The position numbers and the translations under genes are program-made. A model generated the notes under the pieces. That model worked only from the letters and a program-made list of their open reading frames with translations. It did not search any database and was not told where the DNA came from. 64,000 bases of DNA. It comes from Azolla caroliniana. Its lineage: Eukaryota; Plantae; Polypodiophyta. The stretch lies in contig JBHGNT010000003.1 of the NCBI GenBank assembly GCA_043228905.1, positions 10,664,001 through 10,728,000 of the forward strand, given 5' to 3'. This document shows positions 37,105 through 50,840 of the stretch, in pieces; position 1 is the stretch's first letter, and each line of letters opens with the position of its first letter.

Positions 37105-37269
37105 TACATCTGCACATAGCAGAGAACAAGACAAATGGTTGTCGTCTGGTCTGAATACACCAATCGGTTGTAAACGCCCTCGTACGCGTTCTATCACGAA
37201 GACACTAGAGATAGAATCGGCTGAGGGATTACAGCCGGAAACAAGTAGAAGGTGGTTGGTACTTCCTGA

Positions 37270-40200
37270 TTTAACTGATACCAGTCTTCCGACGAAAATC
37301 AGCCGGAAGAGGTATCATTTTACGATATCTGGAGTGAGGACAATATGCCTTATCCGTACTCGAAGTTCCGCAAGGGAGCTGATGTAGAAGCGCATGTGAG
37401 GGATTTTCTAACAACATGGGAGATTAACCATGGAGCTTAGAGACTGTCGGCGGTAGCCGAAGATAAGTCCAAGATTGATGAGTTCATTTTGTCATTGGAG
37501 GGTTATTCCACTAATTGGTTTGCGCAAAATGGTCTCTGTGGGTTCAAAACATTCGAACAATTGAACAACAAATTTATGTAGTTATTTCATCGTCAAATAC
37601 CTCAAAAAGATTTGATAGCGCAATTTTATGCGTTGTATCAGGAGCAGTAGGAAACAATGTCTCAATTCGTGATTCGTTTTTCAGAATTTGCTAATTGCAA
37701 ATTTCTAGGCCTATTTCGGACGATGAATTGAAGGATGTATTCCTTGAAGCAATTCGGGAACCATTACGAACAACACTGAAGGTGTTCGATTTCCGGAATC
37801 AGAATATCAAGCAAGTGATTGATAAGGCAATGACTATGGGCCGACAACCGATAAATGTATGGAGTATGGATATGTCAACACTAAATCGTACATTGCCAAC
37901 AATGGAGGAGTTATAATTTCGACAAGCAGTTCAATGTATTACTTGTTTAAATACCGGTCATTCGACGATTGAGTGTAGTTTGCGAACACATTGCACAATA
38001 TGTCATTCTAAACTTCATTCGGTCGAGCAATGTCAGTATAACTTGCTTAATAAGATGACGGCTCCGGTAAGACAAAATTTTCCGGAAAATGGGTACCACA
38101 ATAACCAGAATTCGTTCAATAATGGATACTAATAAAATAGTTTTCCACAAGCTCAACAAAATAATTTTCAAAAAAATCAAACCTTTCATCAAAATAAATT
38201 CCAGCTGAATCCAACTTTTCAACAAAATAATCAGTCTTTCCAACAAAGTAACTTTTAGCACAATCAAGATTTTCAACAAAATAATTTTGAAGAAAATCAA
38301 GAATTCTCGGTACCACCGAATATGCATCAGCAACAGCAAAATGGAGGACAGTTTAAGCAGAACCGGTATAAAAATAAAAAATTCTACAAGTCGAAAGCCT
38401 CACGATAGTTTCAACAATCGCCGAATGATGGTCAACAGTTTATGCTAAATGATGGGACTAGTTAGTTTGAGCAAGGCGAGGGAAGTGGAACGTTTGTTCC
38501 TACTTGCTATATTTGCCGTCAAACTAGTCATTATGCTAATCAGTGCTTTGCTAAAGGGAAAGGACCGGCGGTTAATATGGTTATACCGGAAATACAACAA
38601 GTAACCACTAGAAGCAAAAGTAAACAATCCGAGTGGGAGATTCAGGAAGCAGTCCGAAAAGCAACCAAGGAATGGGTAGAGGAAGCAAACAGAAATAATG
38701 TAAATCGGATGCTCCAAGACAATGAAATTAACCAAACTACTAAATTACTAGGAGTGATTGTTGTACCAGAACAAGAGGAAGCTTGGAAGCTCTTGGCAAA
38801 TTGCCAAGTGTCATTACCACTGACCAGATTACTTAAGTTGGTCCCTAGATTTACCGAAAAAGTGGCGACATTGATTACCGAAAAGGGGTCAGAACAAGTA
38901 TCGGTAAACTATAGTCAGCCGAGCACCGGCCCTTCAATCATGGATGAGCAAAATCCATCAATTAAGGTAATAATTCAGGGTCAGGAAATCGAAAATACGA
39001 TTATCGATGGGGGCTCAGGAGTGAATGTCATTAATAAAACCACCTGTGATAGGTTGGGAATTACTAAATGGGAAGCTTGCCCATTTTGGCTCAGAATGGC
39101 GGATACCACTACGGTACGGCCAATTAGTTTACTCCGCCAATTAGAGGTGGTATTGGGGGGTCATAGTTTTCTGATATCAGCAGTAATTCTTCCTTTGGAA
39201 GCTCCGGGTGCATATCCTTTGTTATTAGGGCGACCGTGGTTAAAGATTGCTAACATCAAGCAGAATTGGAATTAGAATCAACTAACATTCAGAAAAGGCA
39301 AAACAAAAATCCGGGTTTCGACACAAAACAAGGTTGCGACAAGCAAACAATGTTTGCCTGTGTATGATGAGTCCGTCAATATGATGGAAGGATTAGATGA
39401 GGTCGAAGAAAATCAGTTTTTTGATGATAATCCGAAAATTATTCCTTTGTTCGAATTAGATATTTTACAAGCTTTGACGCCATATGTGGATTCCCAGATG
39501 GAATTGCCAATAGATGAGCAAGCAATGAAGGAAATACGACTCCAGCAAGAAGCTACCGATAAAGAGATGAAAGTGTCCAAACGAGTTCAAGCTTCAGCAT
39601 TGGTGGAAATAAATTTGGCAGAAGAAGATGGGGACAGTGAGTTGAAAACAATACTCATTGCTATGAATATGATAGAAGCGGACAAATAAAGGTTAACAAC
39701 ATTATTAAAGCAATATAAGGATGTCTTTGCCTGGTCTTTTGAAGATAGATATGAAGGGACTAGATCCAGCTTTTTGTCAACATCAAATCAACCTGCATAA
39801 GGATGCAAAGCTAGTTCAACAATGTAGGTACCGATTAAATCCTAATTATGCTATTAAAGTTAAAGAAGAAATAGATAAACTTTTGAAAGTAGGGTTTATT
39901 CGTCTGGTGAAAAAATCAACATGGTTAAGTCCAATCGTCGTAGTTCCGAAAAAGAATGGCAAAATTCGGGTATGTGTTGACTACCAGAAACTAAATGCGG
40001 CTACTGTTACGGATGCGTTTCCATTACCATTTACGGATGGTATATTGGATGCAGTAGTTGGCCATGAAGTATATAGTTTCCTAAATGGTTTTAGTGGTTA
40101 TAATTAGGTTCGGATGAATCCGGAAGATCAAGAAAAGACAACTTTTGTTACAGAATGGGGAGTGTTTGTAGTAGTAGTAATGATGTTTGGCTTGAAGACC

Positions 40201-42330
40201 GCTCCGGCGACATTTCAAAGAGTGATACAAGAAATATTTGGGAATTACATTCCTGCCTTTATGCAAGTATTTTTGGATGATTTTGCTGTTTATAGTCGGA
40301 AAACCGAACATTTTAAGCATTTACGACTATGTTTGGAGAAATGCCGAGGACGGCTTAGTTTAAATCCGGCTAAATGTGCATTCGGGGTCACTAGTGGCAC
40401 ATTATTAGGCCATACTGGAAGCACCGGCACCCATGAATGCTAAAGCTCTCAGTCGGTTTTTGGGGCAGATAAGATGGCACAACTGAATGATAAGATATCT
40501 TGCGGATATCGCCATTCCCTTACATACAACAATACACAAAGTTCCTTTTCAGTGGACAAGTGTGGAACATGATGCATATGATTGTCTTAAGAAAATGTTG
40601 TCCAAAGTTCCAGCTGTTCAACCACCTGATTGGAATAAGCCATTCCATGTTCTTGTCGACGCATCAGACATCACAATCGGAAGTGCTTTAATGCAGTTAA
40701 CCGAACCGAATTGGTACAAGCCAGTTTTTGGAATGATCTATAGTGTCAATAAGCTTCGACACTATCTTTTGGGGAAAAAGTTTACATTTCATGTTGATCA
40801 TTTGGCTCTTCTTTATTTGGTCTCGAAACAAGAGTTAACAGGCAAGTTAGCAAGATGGACTCTTCTACTCCAGGAATTCGAATTCGACATTTTACATCGG
40901 CCAAGAGTACAACATGCAGTGGCTGATTATCTCAGTCGACTGGAGTTAGGAGAAGAAGCCACGGGTGTCAAGGATGATTTTCCGGATGGTCAGCTTTTTC
41001 GAGTGGAAGTAGTAAATGCATAGGGTGTAAATGAAGAAAGTGAGGATGGTTGGATCTCAGAAATGACAATCTTTCTTACAACAGGGTTACCACCCGAACA
41101 TCTATCGGCAAACGAAAGGAAAAGGTTGGCGGTACGGAGTCGTAATTTTTGTCTTTTCAACGACACTATATAACATAAAGGAGTAGATGGTATTTGGAGA
41201 AGAACAGTACGACAATTCGAAAAATCGGTCATTCTTCGGGAATCGCACTGTGGAATTGCAGGAGGACACTATGCTGGGGAAACCACAACAAGAAAATTAT
41301 GGAACAGTGGGTTATGGTGGCCAACACTAATGAAGGATGCGGTCGAATATTGTCGGAAATGTGATTTATGCCAACGTATGGGACAACCGATAGAAAGGGA
41401 CCGAATGCCGTTTCAACCGGTGTTACCTCTTGAACCTTTCCAGAAATGGGGGTTGGATTTTGTAGACCCTTTCAAACCCGTAGTAGTAAGAACAGGCAAT
41501 AGATATATTATAGTGGCTACTGACTACTGTACGAAGTGGGTAGAAACTAAAGCTCTTAGGGATAATACGACAACTTCAACAATAAAAATTTTGTACGAAA
41601 GTATATGGTGTCGATTCGGCTGCCCAATAGAATTAGTGAGCGATCAAGGTACGCATTTCATTAACAAACTTCTTCGTGAATTGTCTACCTACTATGCAGT
41701 GGTTCATAAGAAAAGAACTCCTTACTATCCACAAGCGAATGGATTGGCGGAGTCGACAAACAAAACGCTCCAGACGATACTCAAAAAGATAGTAAATGAG
41801 AATCGTACGGACTAAGATCAAAAGTTGCCTAGTGCTTTATGGGCATATCACACATCGTACAAAACATCTATTAAATCAACACCTTTCCAAATGGCTTTTG
41901 GATTGGAGGGAGTGATGCCAATTGAATTCTAGATCTGGACACTCCGAATACAAGCAACCGAAAAATTAAATGAACTAGAATCGGAGCAAATTCGGAAAGA
42001 ATCTTTATTGCTATTAGAAGAAGACCGACTACAAGCTATGACAGCTTTAGAGCACAAGCAAAGGCAAACCAACGCATTTGTAAATCGACACCGATGGAAA
42101 ACCGAATCTCAATTCGGAATCGGGAAACCAGTACTGGTTTTCGAGACCAAGATGGGGGCGATGCCAGGAAAACTTCGGTATAGATCGTGAACATTAAAAA
42201 TGGTACGTATCAACTAGGAACCCTATTAGGTGAGATTTTACCGAAATGGGTCAATGGTTTCCGGCTTAAACCATATCGTGGACACATGCCAAAAAATCCA
42301 TTCAAGGATGAATCTGAAGGAAAGTAAAAA
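37270..42330 (+). pseudogene. gag-pol of the outer gypsy element, decayed
   Basis: PR IIDGGSGVNVI; RT VCVDYQKLN..GHEVYSFLNGFSGYN..VFLDD; RH VDASDI..KLARW; INT WGLDFV..SDQGTHF..YYPQANGLAESTNK. Confidence 0.92.
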
Positions 42331-42559
42331 ATAAAATAAAATAAAATAAAATAAATAAAATAAAAACTAACTATAGAATATTTTCTTGCCAAATCATAAC
42401 TAACTCTCACGAAGAGATTCTTGGAGTAATTTCAAAAGGCTATAAGTAAAACTATGCCTAGGCATTACAACATTAATAGTACTTTTATTCCCTAGGCATC
42501 ATGCAAAAAAATTAATCTCTTAAAACCTATTTCTGTAATGACTATTTCACCACAGAAGC

Positions 42560-45228
42560 AGAAACGCATTTGAACTCACAGGTTTTCTGATTTTTGTCAC
42601 CATAGCCCACAATATTTCTCACAACCATCACTGAGTAACGATTTGTTAATGAACGATGACAACATGCCGATTGTCATATCTGACAACTTGCGCCGCTGGC
42701 TCATTCGCAATAAGTTACATGGATTTTTGAAAGTCGTAGAAACAGAGCCACACCCGAACGCTGAAGCTCTGTTGGTAGAAATCGATGTCTCGACGATCAC
42801 GAATAGGTAACAGAGGCGGGTTCGACGTTGTCAACAAGGTCACAGAGGATGTTTTGCAGTCCTATTTCGGTGAATATTCGCCCTCTGCCAAAGCGTATCA
42901 GACACAAGGAGGTAGGGACGTGTTTTTTCACGAATTTGCAAAATTTTTATTGGAAGTATGGTTTGTTAGTCCCAGACTCTACTGTATGCCCAAAAAGAGG
43001 GCCGGATTTATTATCACAGCTTATGAAGGTGAAGCTTTCGATTAGGGGCTACTGTCGGCAGATGCTCTAAGAGAGCAATTGAACGGAGTTCAGAAAGGAA
43101 AACCAATGAAGCCGATTTTTGCTCGTTGGTTATCGATATTATTTTTGACTTCAGAGCCGGAAAACCGATCAGAGGTGTGTCGGCCGCCTCAGGTACAGTC
43201 ATCCCGAACTCGACGACAAGTCCAACGGGAAGAGTGGAGGGAAGAAGAATCAACGCAGGACGATACCACTTAGACCGAATTTGACCAACCGGAGACAAGG
43301 CACCAACAAGAATCGGAACAACAACAGTTGATGCAGTCTCAACAGTCGATACCACAACCCAAACCTACCCAGCAATTGCCGAGTCAACCGCCGGAGTCTC
43401 AACCACAGAGGATGCAACAATGAGGGACAGAACACGAGCAACCGTCACAGCAGCAGGAATCGAGACGAGTCGACATTGACCAGCAACCGCCGAAGCAACG
43501 AAGGGTGAAACAACGGTCCCAAAGATACTCCTAGACCAGAGCAAGAACAACCTGCGTAGAAGAAAAAGAGAACTAACGATCAAGCCTCCCAAAGCACACA
43601 AATACCTCATGTCAATCCAGATGACACGTCACGAGTTCAAAAAGGGCAGGCATCAACGACAACGGTGCAAGAGGCACTCGGTTTTTCCGACACCCCGGCA
43701 GCAGCACATAAGCTAGCTGCCATTCTGCAGTTCGGAACATCATATGAATTGGTAGAATGGTTAGCTAAAAGACTACAAGAAGTGTCGGAAAGAATGGCGC
43801 AAGAGCATAGAGATCAAATAATGATCCAAAAGTCATTATGTGGAGCTATCTAACCAAACGAGCAAGCGGAAGTGGATAGAATTGGTCGACAGCGACATGC
43901 TAAAAATAGAGGGGAAGCCATTCAACCATTACATGAGGCACTGGTGGAAGTACACTGAGAATATGAAAAGGCTAGTAGAGGGGCCAGGGATATGGCTGAA
44001 TTATACAAATAGGCTATAGCAGCTGCAGATGTGGTGAATGCACAGTATAAACGGATGCAAGTAGAAAATAAACAATTGAAAAATAAACTGCAAGAAGAAC
44101 AAGTGGCTCTAGAAAAAGCAAGAGAACAGATATTCCAGCCTGAGTCACAAAGAAAACCTTTGGAGACGGATTCAGAATTACGAAAGAGGTTGAACCAAGC
44201 CGAACAAGCACAAACAGAGGCAAAAATTAAGGCGGAAAAGACTAAGGACAGGTTCGGGGAAATGGAGGCTCGATTACAGCCGGCCGACAGATGTTTGGGG
44301 GAAAAGGATAATGTAATACAAAATTTATGCCAACAGTTAGCCCAATAGCAAGAGACTACAAGGCAACAAGTCGAGGAACTAGAAGAGTATGTCAAGAGCC
44401 AAGAGACTTGTTTTACAACACAATTGGCTGGTAAAGACAAACTAATAGGCGAAATCAATGGAAAAATAATTCAGCAGTAGAACAACTGAATGAAGAGAAA
44501 GCGAAGCTGGAAAACCGATGTGCAGAAATTCAAACAGTCTCCGAGAAACGGCGACTTGGCCTCTTAGTGGCCCAAGCTAAACGGATGCAGGCAGAAGGAC
44601 ATACCAATGCGGTAATCATTGATTTACGGAAAACATTGGCAACAACACAATTTGAGGCTAGAATGACTCAGGACGGGGTTCAAGCGATCATTAGACGTCA
44701 CCGAATTAACACCCTAAAATTGGTCAATGAATTGCTGGAGAAGGGTTGGAAAACATGGTCGGCACAAGCCACGGAGCTTCAGCTATTAAGAGCCGACAAA
44801 GAAAATAGGAAAGTTCAGGGCAAAGGCTTCCTCAAGATGTCGGAGGAAGCAATGACCACAGTTCAGGAAGATATTGCTAAGGACCTATACGACATGGCGG
44901 CTTATTTTAAAGAAGAAATTAACCGAATCATGCAGGAATTCAACAAGCATGATGTCGAGATAGACAATATCGAAGCCGAAAGAGTCACCAAAACACCTGG
45001 ACTCGGGGCACCGGAAGCAGATACAGAAGTAGAAACAGAAGCGGAGCCAAGACCATCGACCGAAGGAACCCGACAGGAAAATGATGGGGAGGATACCGAA
45101 GATGAAGACAAAGACGAGGAAGGCGTGGCAACACAGGAAGCTGAACCCTCATTATTCGACATTTTGTAGGACAACGCACACAAGGTTTTGGAGATGGAGA
45201 AGGATCTTTCCTTAGAGCAGCAGGAGTA
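42560..45228 (+). pseudogene. Extra ORF(s) between integrase and 3' LTR: globular N-part, coiled coil, acidic tail
   Basis: Same-strand ORF pieces 42785-43045, 43665-43853, 44031-44348 and 44567-45169, with heptad-rich E/K/Q segments. Confidence 0.6.
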
Positions 45229-45887
45229 AAGGGTTCCCGTGGGTTTGCCAGACAACGTCCTGGCCCATAGACGTGCCAAGTGTTACTCGGACAAGTATGG
45301 ATGCGTCGGAATCAAAAAGATGTTCAGAGTCAGAGTCAGAGTCGGATCGATAGTTCAGATCGAATAGGATATAGTTAGTTACGAAGTTTTGTAATTCTTG
45401 TTAATTATAGGCAGTAGGATTTCTTGATGAGAAAAGACCTTCGGGTTACCTATAAAAGGAACCGAAGACATTGTAAAAATCTATCGTTGTATTTAGTAAT
45501 ATGAATTTTGGTTAGGAAATCTCTGTGTATGGATTGCTTCTTGCCATCTAGTTCTTTCTGTCTAAACTATATTACATAAGTCACGATCTCAGTGTCTGTT
45601 ATCACCGATAAGTTTATAGATCATTCATGTCTATTCGTTTAACCACAACTTCTTGATAGAACGTTCGGTACGAACGTTCGTCTTATACTATGTCGGCAAA
45701 ATAGCAATTGTCAACTAAACAACAGTTTGGAGTGTTCCGACGATGGCATACATCCGGTGCTTCATTGACATGAGCCTGTACAACAAGTTTAATGAAGGAA
45801 GTAAGGCACACGTCCTCTAGGAGAAATTTGATACTATGCTCGAAAGCAAGAACATCGTGAATCGGGTTTCGATATTTCGGAAGTTAG

Positions 45888-48370
45888 TGACACTCCGATA
45901 CCAAGACGGACCAGCATGGCGGAGCACATGAATGCTTTCCAACAGCTCATAAATCAAACAACCTCGTTTGAAGTACCTCTAGCCGACGAGGTACTCATGT
46001 TGCTGATGCTCAATTCCCTCTCGGATAGCTGGAAGACGCTAGTTATCACTTTGGGCAATGTTGGGCCAAAAGGAAAACACATATCCCTCGGAAGAGTAAA
46101 CTCGAGCTTGTTGGATGAAGAAGCTCGCCGGATGCACTAGGAATCTGGAACCAATCCAAAGGCCTTGGTTACGAAAGACGAACATAACTGGGGAAGAGGC
46201 CGAATTCGGAGTCCCCAAAACCGGGACAAATCGGGGATGAGGTCGAAGTCAAGGGGGAGGCCCACATGCTTTTATTGCGGAAAGCTAGGGCACTTTTAGA
46301 GGAATTGCCGACACTTCGGGAAAACCAAAGGGGGAGCCGACATTCCAGAACCAAAGAAGATTTAGGAAAGGAGAGGAACGTCGACGATCGTGACAAGTGA
46401 AGAAGAATTGTTGCTAATCACCGAGGAGAGTGAGCTGCATCTTGTTAGCATGAAACGGCATGGTTGGTCGTCTCTAGAGCATCAATCCACCTAACTCCCG
46501 ACTGGAAGTGCTTCTCATTGTACAAAGTCGGAGATCACGATTCTGTCCGGATGGGAAATGAAGGTGCATGCCGAATTGTCGGCATAGGAGATGTGTGGTT
46601 GACGACATCAACTGGGTGCAAGTTGTTGTTGAAGGATGTATGACACATTCCGGAGGTTCGGTTGAACCTGATATCAACCGGTTGGCTAGATGATGAAGGC
46701 TACACGGGTAGCATTAGGAACAGAGTCATGAAGTTCAGCAACAGAAGCCTAATTGTGGCTCGAGCTCGGAAGATCAACACGTTGTACATGAACGTGGCAT
46801 CCGAAAATGTTGGTTAGCTATGGCACATGAGACAGAAAGGGATGAGAAGACTTGTCGAAGATAACCTCATTCCAGAGGTGAAAGACGTGCATCTTGAGAA
46901 GTGCACTGATTGCTTCACAACAAGCTGAACCGAACCTCTTTCCGGTCGAGACCACCGTCAAGACGGAATGCACCACTGGAACTTGAGCATACCAATGTAT
47001 GCCAAGTGGACATGAAGTCACATGCCGGATGGTAGTAGTTCATGACGTTGTCGTGAAGATTTTCGGCAATAGTGTGAAAATCCCATAAAACGTACAAAAT
47101 CGAGTATGAATCATGTAATACAATAATTGTGGAGATAACATTTTTAATATCTAAGTACAAAATGATGGAGGTTTCGAATGCACTTTATTACACGAGAAAT
47201 GGACAACTAAATGTCAAGATATGAGGGTATAAAGTTTGTGAAAAGAAAAGAGAAAATTGTGAGATATCCCACATAGGCACGACAAATACGGCTCTCATCA
47301 TATATAAGGTGGAGCAAAAGATATTATCTTTGTGTCTATGTGTGGAGCATAGAGAGTTCAAGGTAACTTGAACTTAGAGGGGAGGTGGCTAGCTACTAAA
47401 AAAGGGTTTTGGCCAACCAAAACCGGACCGGCGATGGAGCCGGTGATCCGACGGCATCCGACCGCAATCCGGTGTCGGCATCCGGCGTTGGTATCCGGCG
47501 TCGGCGGCGGCATCCGGCTGCGGCACCGATATCCGGCGTCGGTATCCGGCGGCAACATCCGGCGATGGTATCCGGCGAACCGGCGACTAGATAAAATAAA
47601 TATATAAAAATATGTACATATTTACATATACAAGGAGGGCAAGTATGGATTCAAACCTTGCACCTCCAAGTTAGGAGTCAAATGGCTTACCATTAAGCCA
47701 TAGTATTTAGTTGACATTATATTTCTATCATTGTACTTTTACATGTAAATTCTCATCCATGAGTGCTAAAATGAGTGACATGGTTAGCATACACCACATG
47801 TAATACTTAAGCGCCAAATGGCAAACATGCAATTTATGCATGTCTTGTACCCTCACATACATCATATGCATGAGAGCATTTATAAAAGAGGGAAGGGGGA
47901 GGAGAAAAACACGGTTTTTTTTATGAAAATTAAGAGGAAGAAATTCGTTTTCAAATCAATCGTGTAATCTCAACTTCTCTCTTTCCCAATCTATCTTAAG
48001 TACTTTCTTGCCAAAGCTTGTATCGACTTTGAATCCTTCCGGTCCAGAACCCCGGCGGTTCCACCTCACGATCCGCGCATAGTGACGGATCTTCACGACA
48101 ACGTTCATAGATGACCATAGCCAGAAGTTGTGGGTCTCATTGCCAAAGAAGGACCAGATATTATCCTTCTTAAAGGAATTCCATGTCAAAGTGGAAAGAG
48201 AAACCGACCGGAAGTTAAGGGCGGTTCGAGCAGACTATCGGTCGAAGGGAATCCGGCTTGAATTCATTATGCCGAAGACACCGGAGCTAAACAAATTGGC
48301 CGAAAGGATGAACCAGACTGTAATGGAGAGAATCCGGAGCATGTTGGCACATGCTAAACTATCCGGAGCA
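45888..48370 (+). mobile_element. Copia (Tnt1/Tork-like) gag-PR-INT remnant
   Basis: LRYQDG..MAEHMNAFQ, CFYCGKLGHF, FMT|FIDDHSQKLWV, TPELNKLAERMNQT. Confidence 0.8.
47049..48100 (+). mobile_element. Gypsy solo LTR (TGTCGTGAAG lineage) with 4-bp TSD ACGT
   Basis: 12-bp inverted ends TGTCGTGAAGAT...ATCTTCACGACA; ACGT at 47045-47048 and 48101-48104. Removing it restores copia FMTFIDDH. Confidence 0.9.
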
Positions 48371-49289
48371 TGCTAGCTTCTTCGTTGTATCTTGGATATG
48401 GGTACGACATTGTGTCTATTTCTGAGTCCTTTGGTACCCACGAAGTGGGTTGCTATCATCGGGATGTTCAACCTCAGAACTGTTGCCACTGGTCGAGACT
48501 TAATCAAGAATTTTTGTTGACTAGGCTTCCGATTCCTGAAGAGGTTGCTCAATGAGTGTGGATTCTCTCACAATCTCCTCTTGTTCAGCACGTCGAGATT
48601 GCCTGAGTGTGTGGTCCCCTGTGGCATGTCGTTCTTTCGACTTGGCACTCGTCCATCTTGTGTTCGTTGTGCACTCATAGCTCGAACTGAGTGTGCCAAA
48701 TTGTGTTACCTCCCCTCTAGAGGAACACACTCTCGGTTACTACTTCTGAGTAACTGGATCAAGGTAATCGTGGTTGGAAGGAGGGAGAGGGCTTCGGGTT
48801 GTCCCATGGCCAGATACGGGAGTTAGGGGGGTAACTCTACCCCAAGCCATCCCAAATAACTCTCTCTGAGGATACCCAAAGTTATTTGCTCTGTTCGACA
48901 CTCGACATTGCAAACCGATCTTTGTAGCTTACCAAGGAACGCAGGAATAGGTATCCCATTGAATTGCCTACAACCGATTATGGGCATATGAATACACAGT
49001 ACGCGAGCTCAACACATCTTAGGACACAGATAGATCACACAGGGTTTCCCCACAAGAAGACTAATGTATTACAACTATGATACAAATACCGATTGATTGT
49101 CGGTACAGAAGTACACATCTCTCTTGTATATTACTCGTCTAAATCTACTCTCTCTCTTCTCTCATTCATATAGTTCTTATATAAAATCCCATGCTTCCTA
49201 TTTTAGGGGATCATGGTTAATAACCATCATTTCAACATTAATTCGGCGTTATAGTAACATTGCGTTCCATTCATGGCTGACTCCCTTTG

Positions 49290-50840
49290 TGCTTGGCTTC
49301 CTGTCTCCTTTCCACCTTTGGCTGTCTTATCTGGCCAACATCCAAATCCAACAATTCATTGTTCATCCGGTGTGACTCAAGTGGTCAGCTATTCATCATC
49401 ATATATGTTGCTCACTTGATGATTGGAGGAGAACATGTAGCCGACATCAACAACGTCAAGATGCTCCTCTCCGGAAAATTCGACATGAAGGACATGAAAG
49501 AACTACATTACTTCCTTGGCATTGAATTCATTCGGACTCCTGACGGCATTTTGATCTCCCAATGTCACTACATCCTCAACTTATTATTCATGTTCGGGAT
49601 GATAGAATGCAAGCTTGTGTCAACCCCTCTCAAACAAAACCTAAAATTGAATGTCGACTCTAGCATCACAAAGTGCAAGCCGACACGATATTGGCAAGTT
49701 GTAGGTAGCCTAATCTACTGCACTATCACCCAACCTGACCTCAACTATACGGTCGGCCTACTTAGCCAATTCATGCAAACGTGACATGATATTCATCTTC
49801 ATTGTGCTAAGAGAGTGTTACGATACATGAGTGGCACGATGGATTACGACATTTTCTACAAGTCGGCAATGACCATTTGATTTAAACGTTACACAACATT
49901 CGACTTCGGGGTTCGTCTTCTCTATTGGAAGTGGGGTCATCTCATGGAGCAACAAGAAGCAGATGACTATTGCATTATCGAGCACAGAGGTCGAATACAG
50001 GGGCGTAGTCATTGTTGCATGTGAAGTCGTATGGCTCGAGAGAATTTTGAAGGATGTGGATGTCTCCATTAACTATCCAATCTTAATATACTGTGACAAT
50101 CTCAACAGTATACATCTTGCGTGGAACCTGGTCTTCCACGCTCAGGTAAAGCACATCGAGGTGCACGACCACTTCATCCAAGAATGTATCCTTCGGGGGA
50201 TGTCGACTTGCAACATATCGGCACTAATCTTCAGACGACCGACGTCTTCACGAAAGGCCGAGGAGTTGACAAGATTCAGCAGTTCACATTGGACCTTGGT
50301 CTTTCGACCTTCGACCTACTGAGCTTGAGGGGGAGTGAGCTGGACACCAACAAAAGCTAAAAGTGAGACATGAAGCCAGGAAGCAAAAAAAAACAAAAAA
50401 CTGAACACGAAAAATGAGGGAGTCGAAGTCAGAGTCGGACACCATCGAAGCCGTAGCCGTAAACCTGCGACCAAAAGTTGAGCTTGAAGGGGCGTGTTGA
50501 GAATCAAACTCAACTTAACCTAGTGTGGAAACACACCCTACGAATATGTGAAGTGTGTGAACATGCCACCACTATGTATCATAACTAATGTGTCATAGGA
50601 GTTACATCCTATGGCACATAGTTATTAAGGTAGTTAAGGTTTCCCCCTTTCCCGAGAGGGCGTTTTAGTAAGAGAATATAGAGAGAACGTGACTATATAA
50701 GCACATCCCTCTCTCCTTTGTAACTATTGGTTGACATTCTTGTGAATATATAGTTTTTTGTTTTTCTATCTATCTTGTGTCTATTCTCTCTTCTCTCATA
50801 TACACACACACATACATCCCTTATTCGCAGTTGTTAAACA
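49290..50840 (+). mobile_element. Copia RT-RNase H remnant plus 3' LTR 50495-50840
   Basis: FDMKDMKELHYFLGIE, IALSSTEVEY, YCDNLNSI..KHIEVHDHF; PPT then TGTTGAGAATC...AAACA. Confidence 0.85.

Larger units (their letters stand above)
28951..45887 (+). mobile_element. Non-chromovirus Ty3/gypsy element (Athila/Tat-related, tRNA-Arg primed) with extra 3' ORF; 5' LTR 28951-~37024 interrupted, 3' LTR 45281-45887 truncated
   Basis: Matching LTR starts TGTTACCCGGACAAGTATGG / TGTTACTCGGACAAGTATGG and continued similarity; PBS TGGCACGCCCGGT; gag-PR-RT-RH-INT order. Confidence 0.9.

Noticed and set aside
47358-47607. GC-rich ATCCGGCG-repeat ORFs
   Set aside because: Low-complexity repeat inside a solo LTR; no coding evidence.
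48370-49260. Possible additional minus-strand LTR (ends TAGTAACA) and possible solo LTR at ~50845-51448
   Set aside because: Could not establish both ends, a PBS/PPT or a TSD, so left unannotated.
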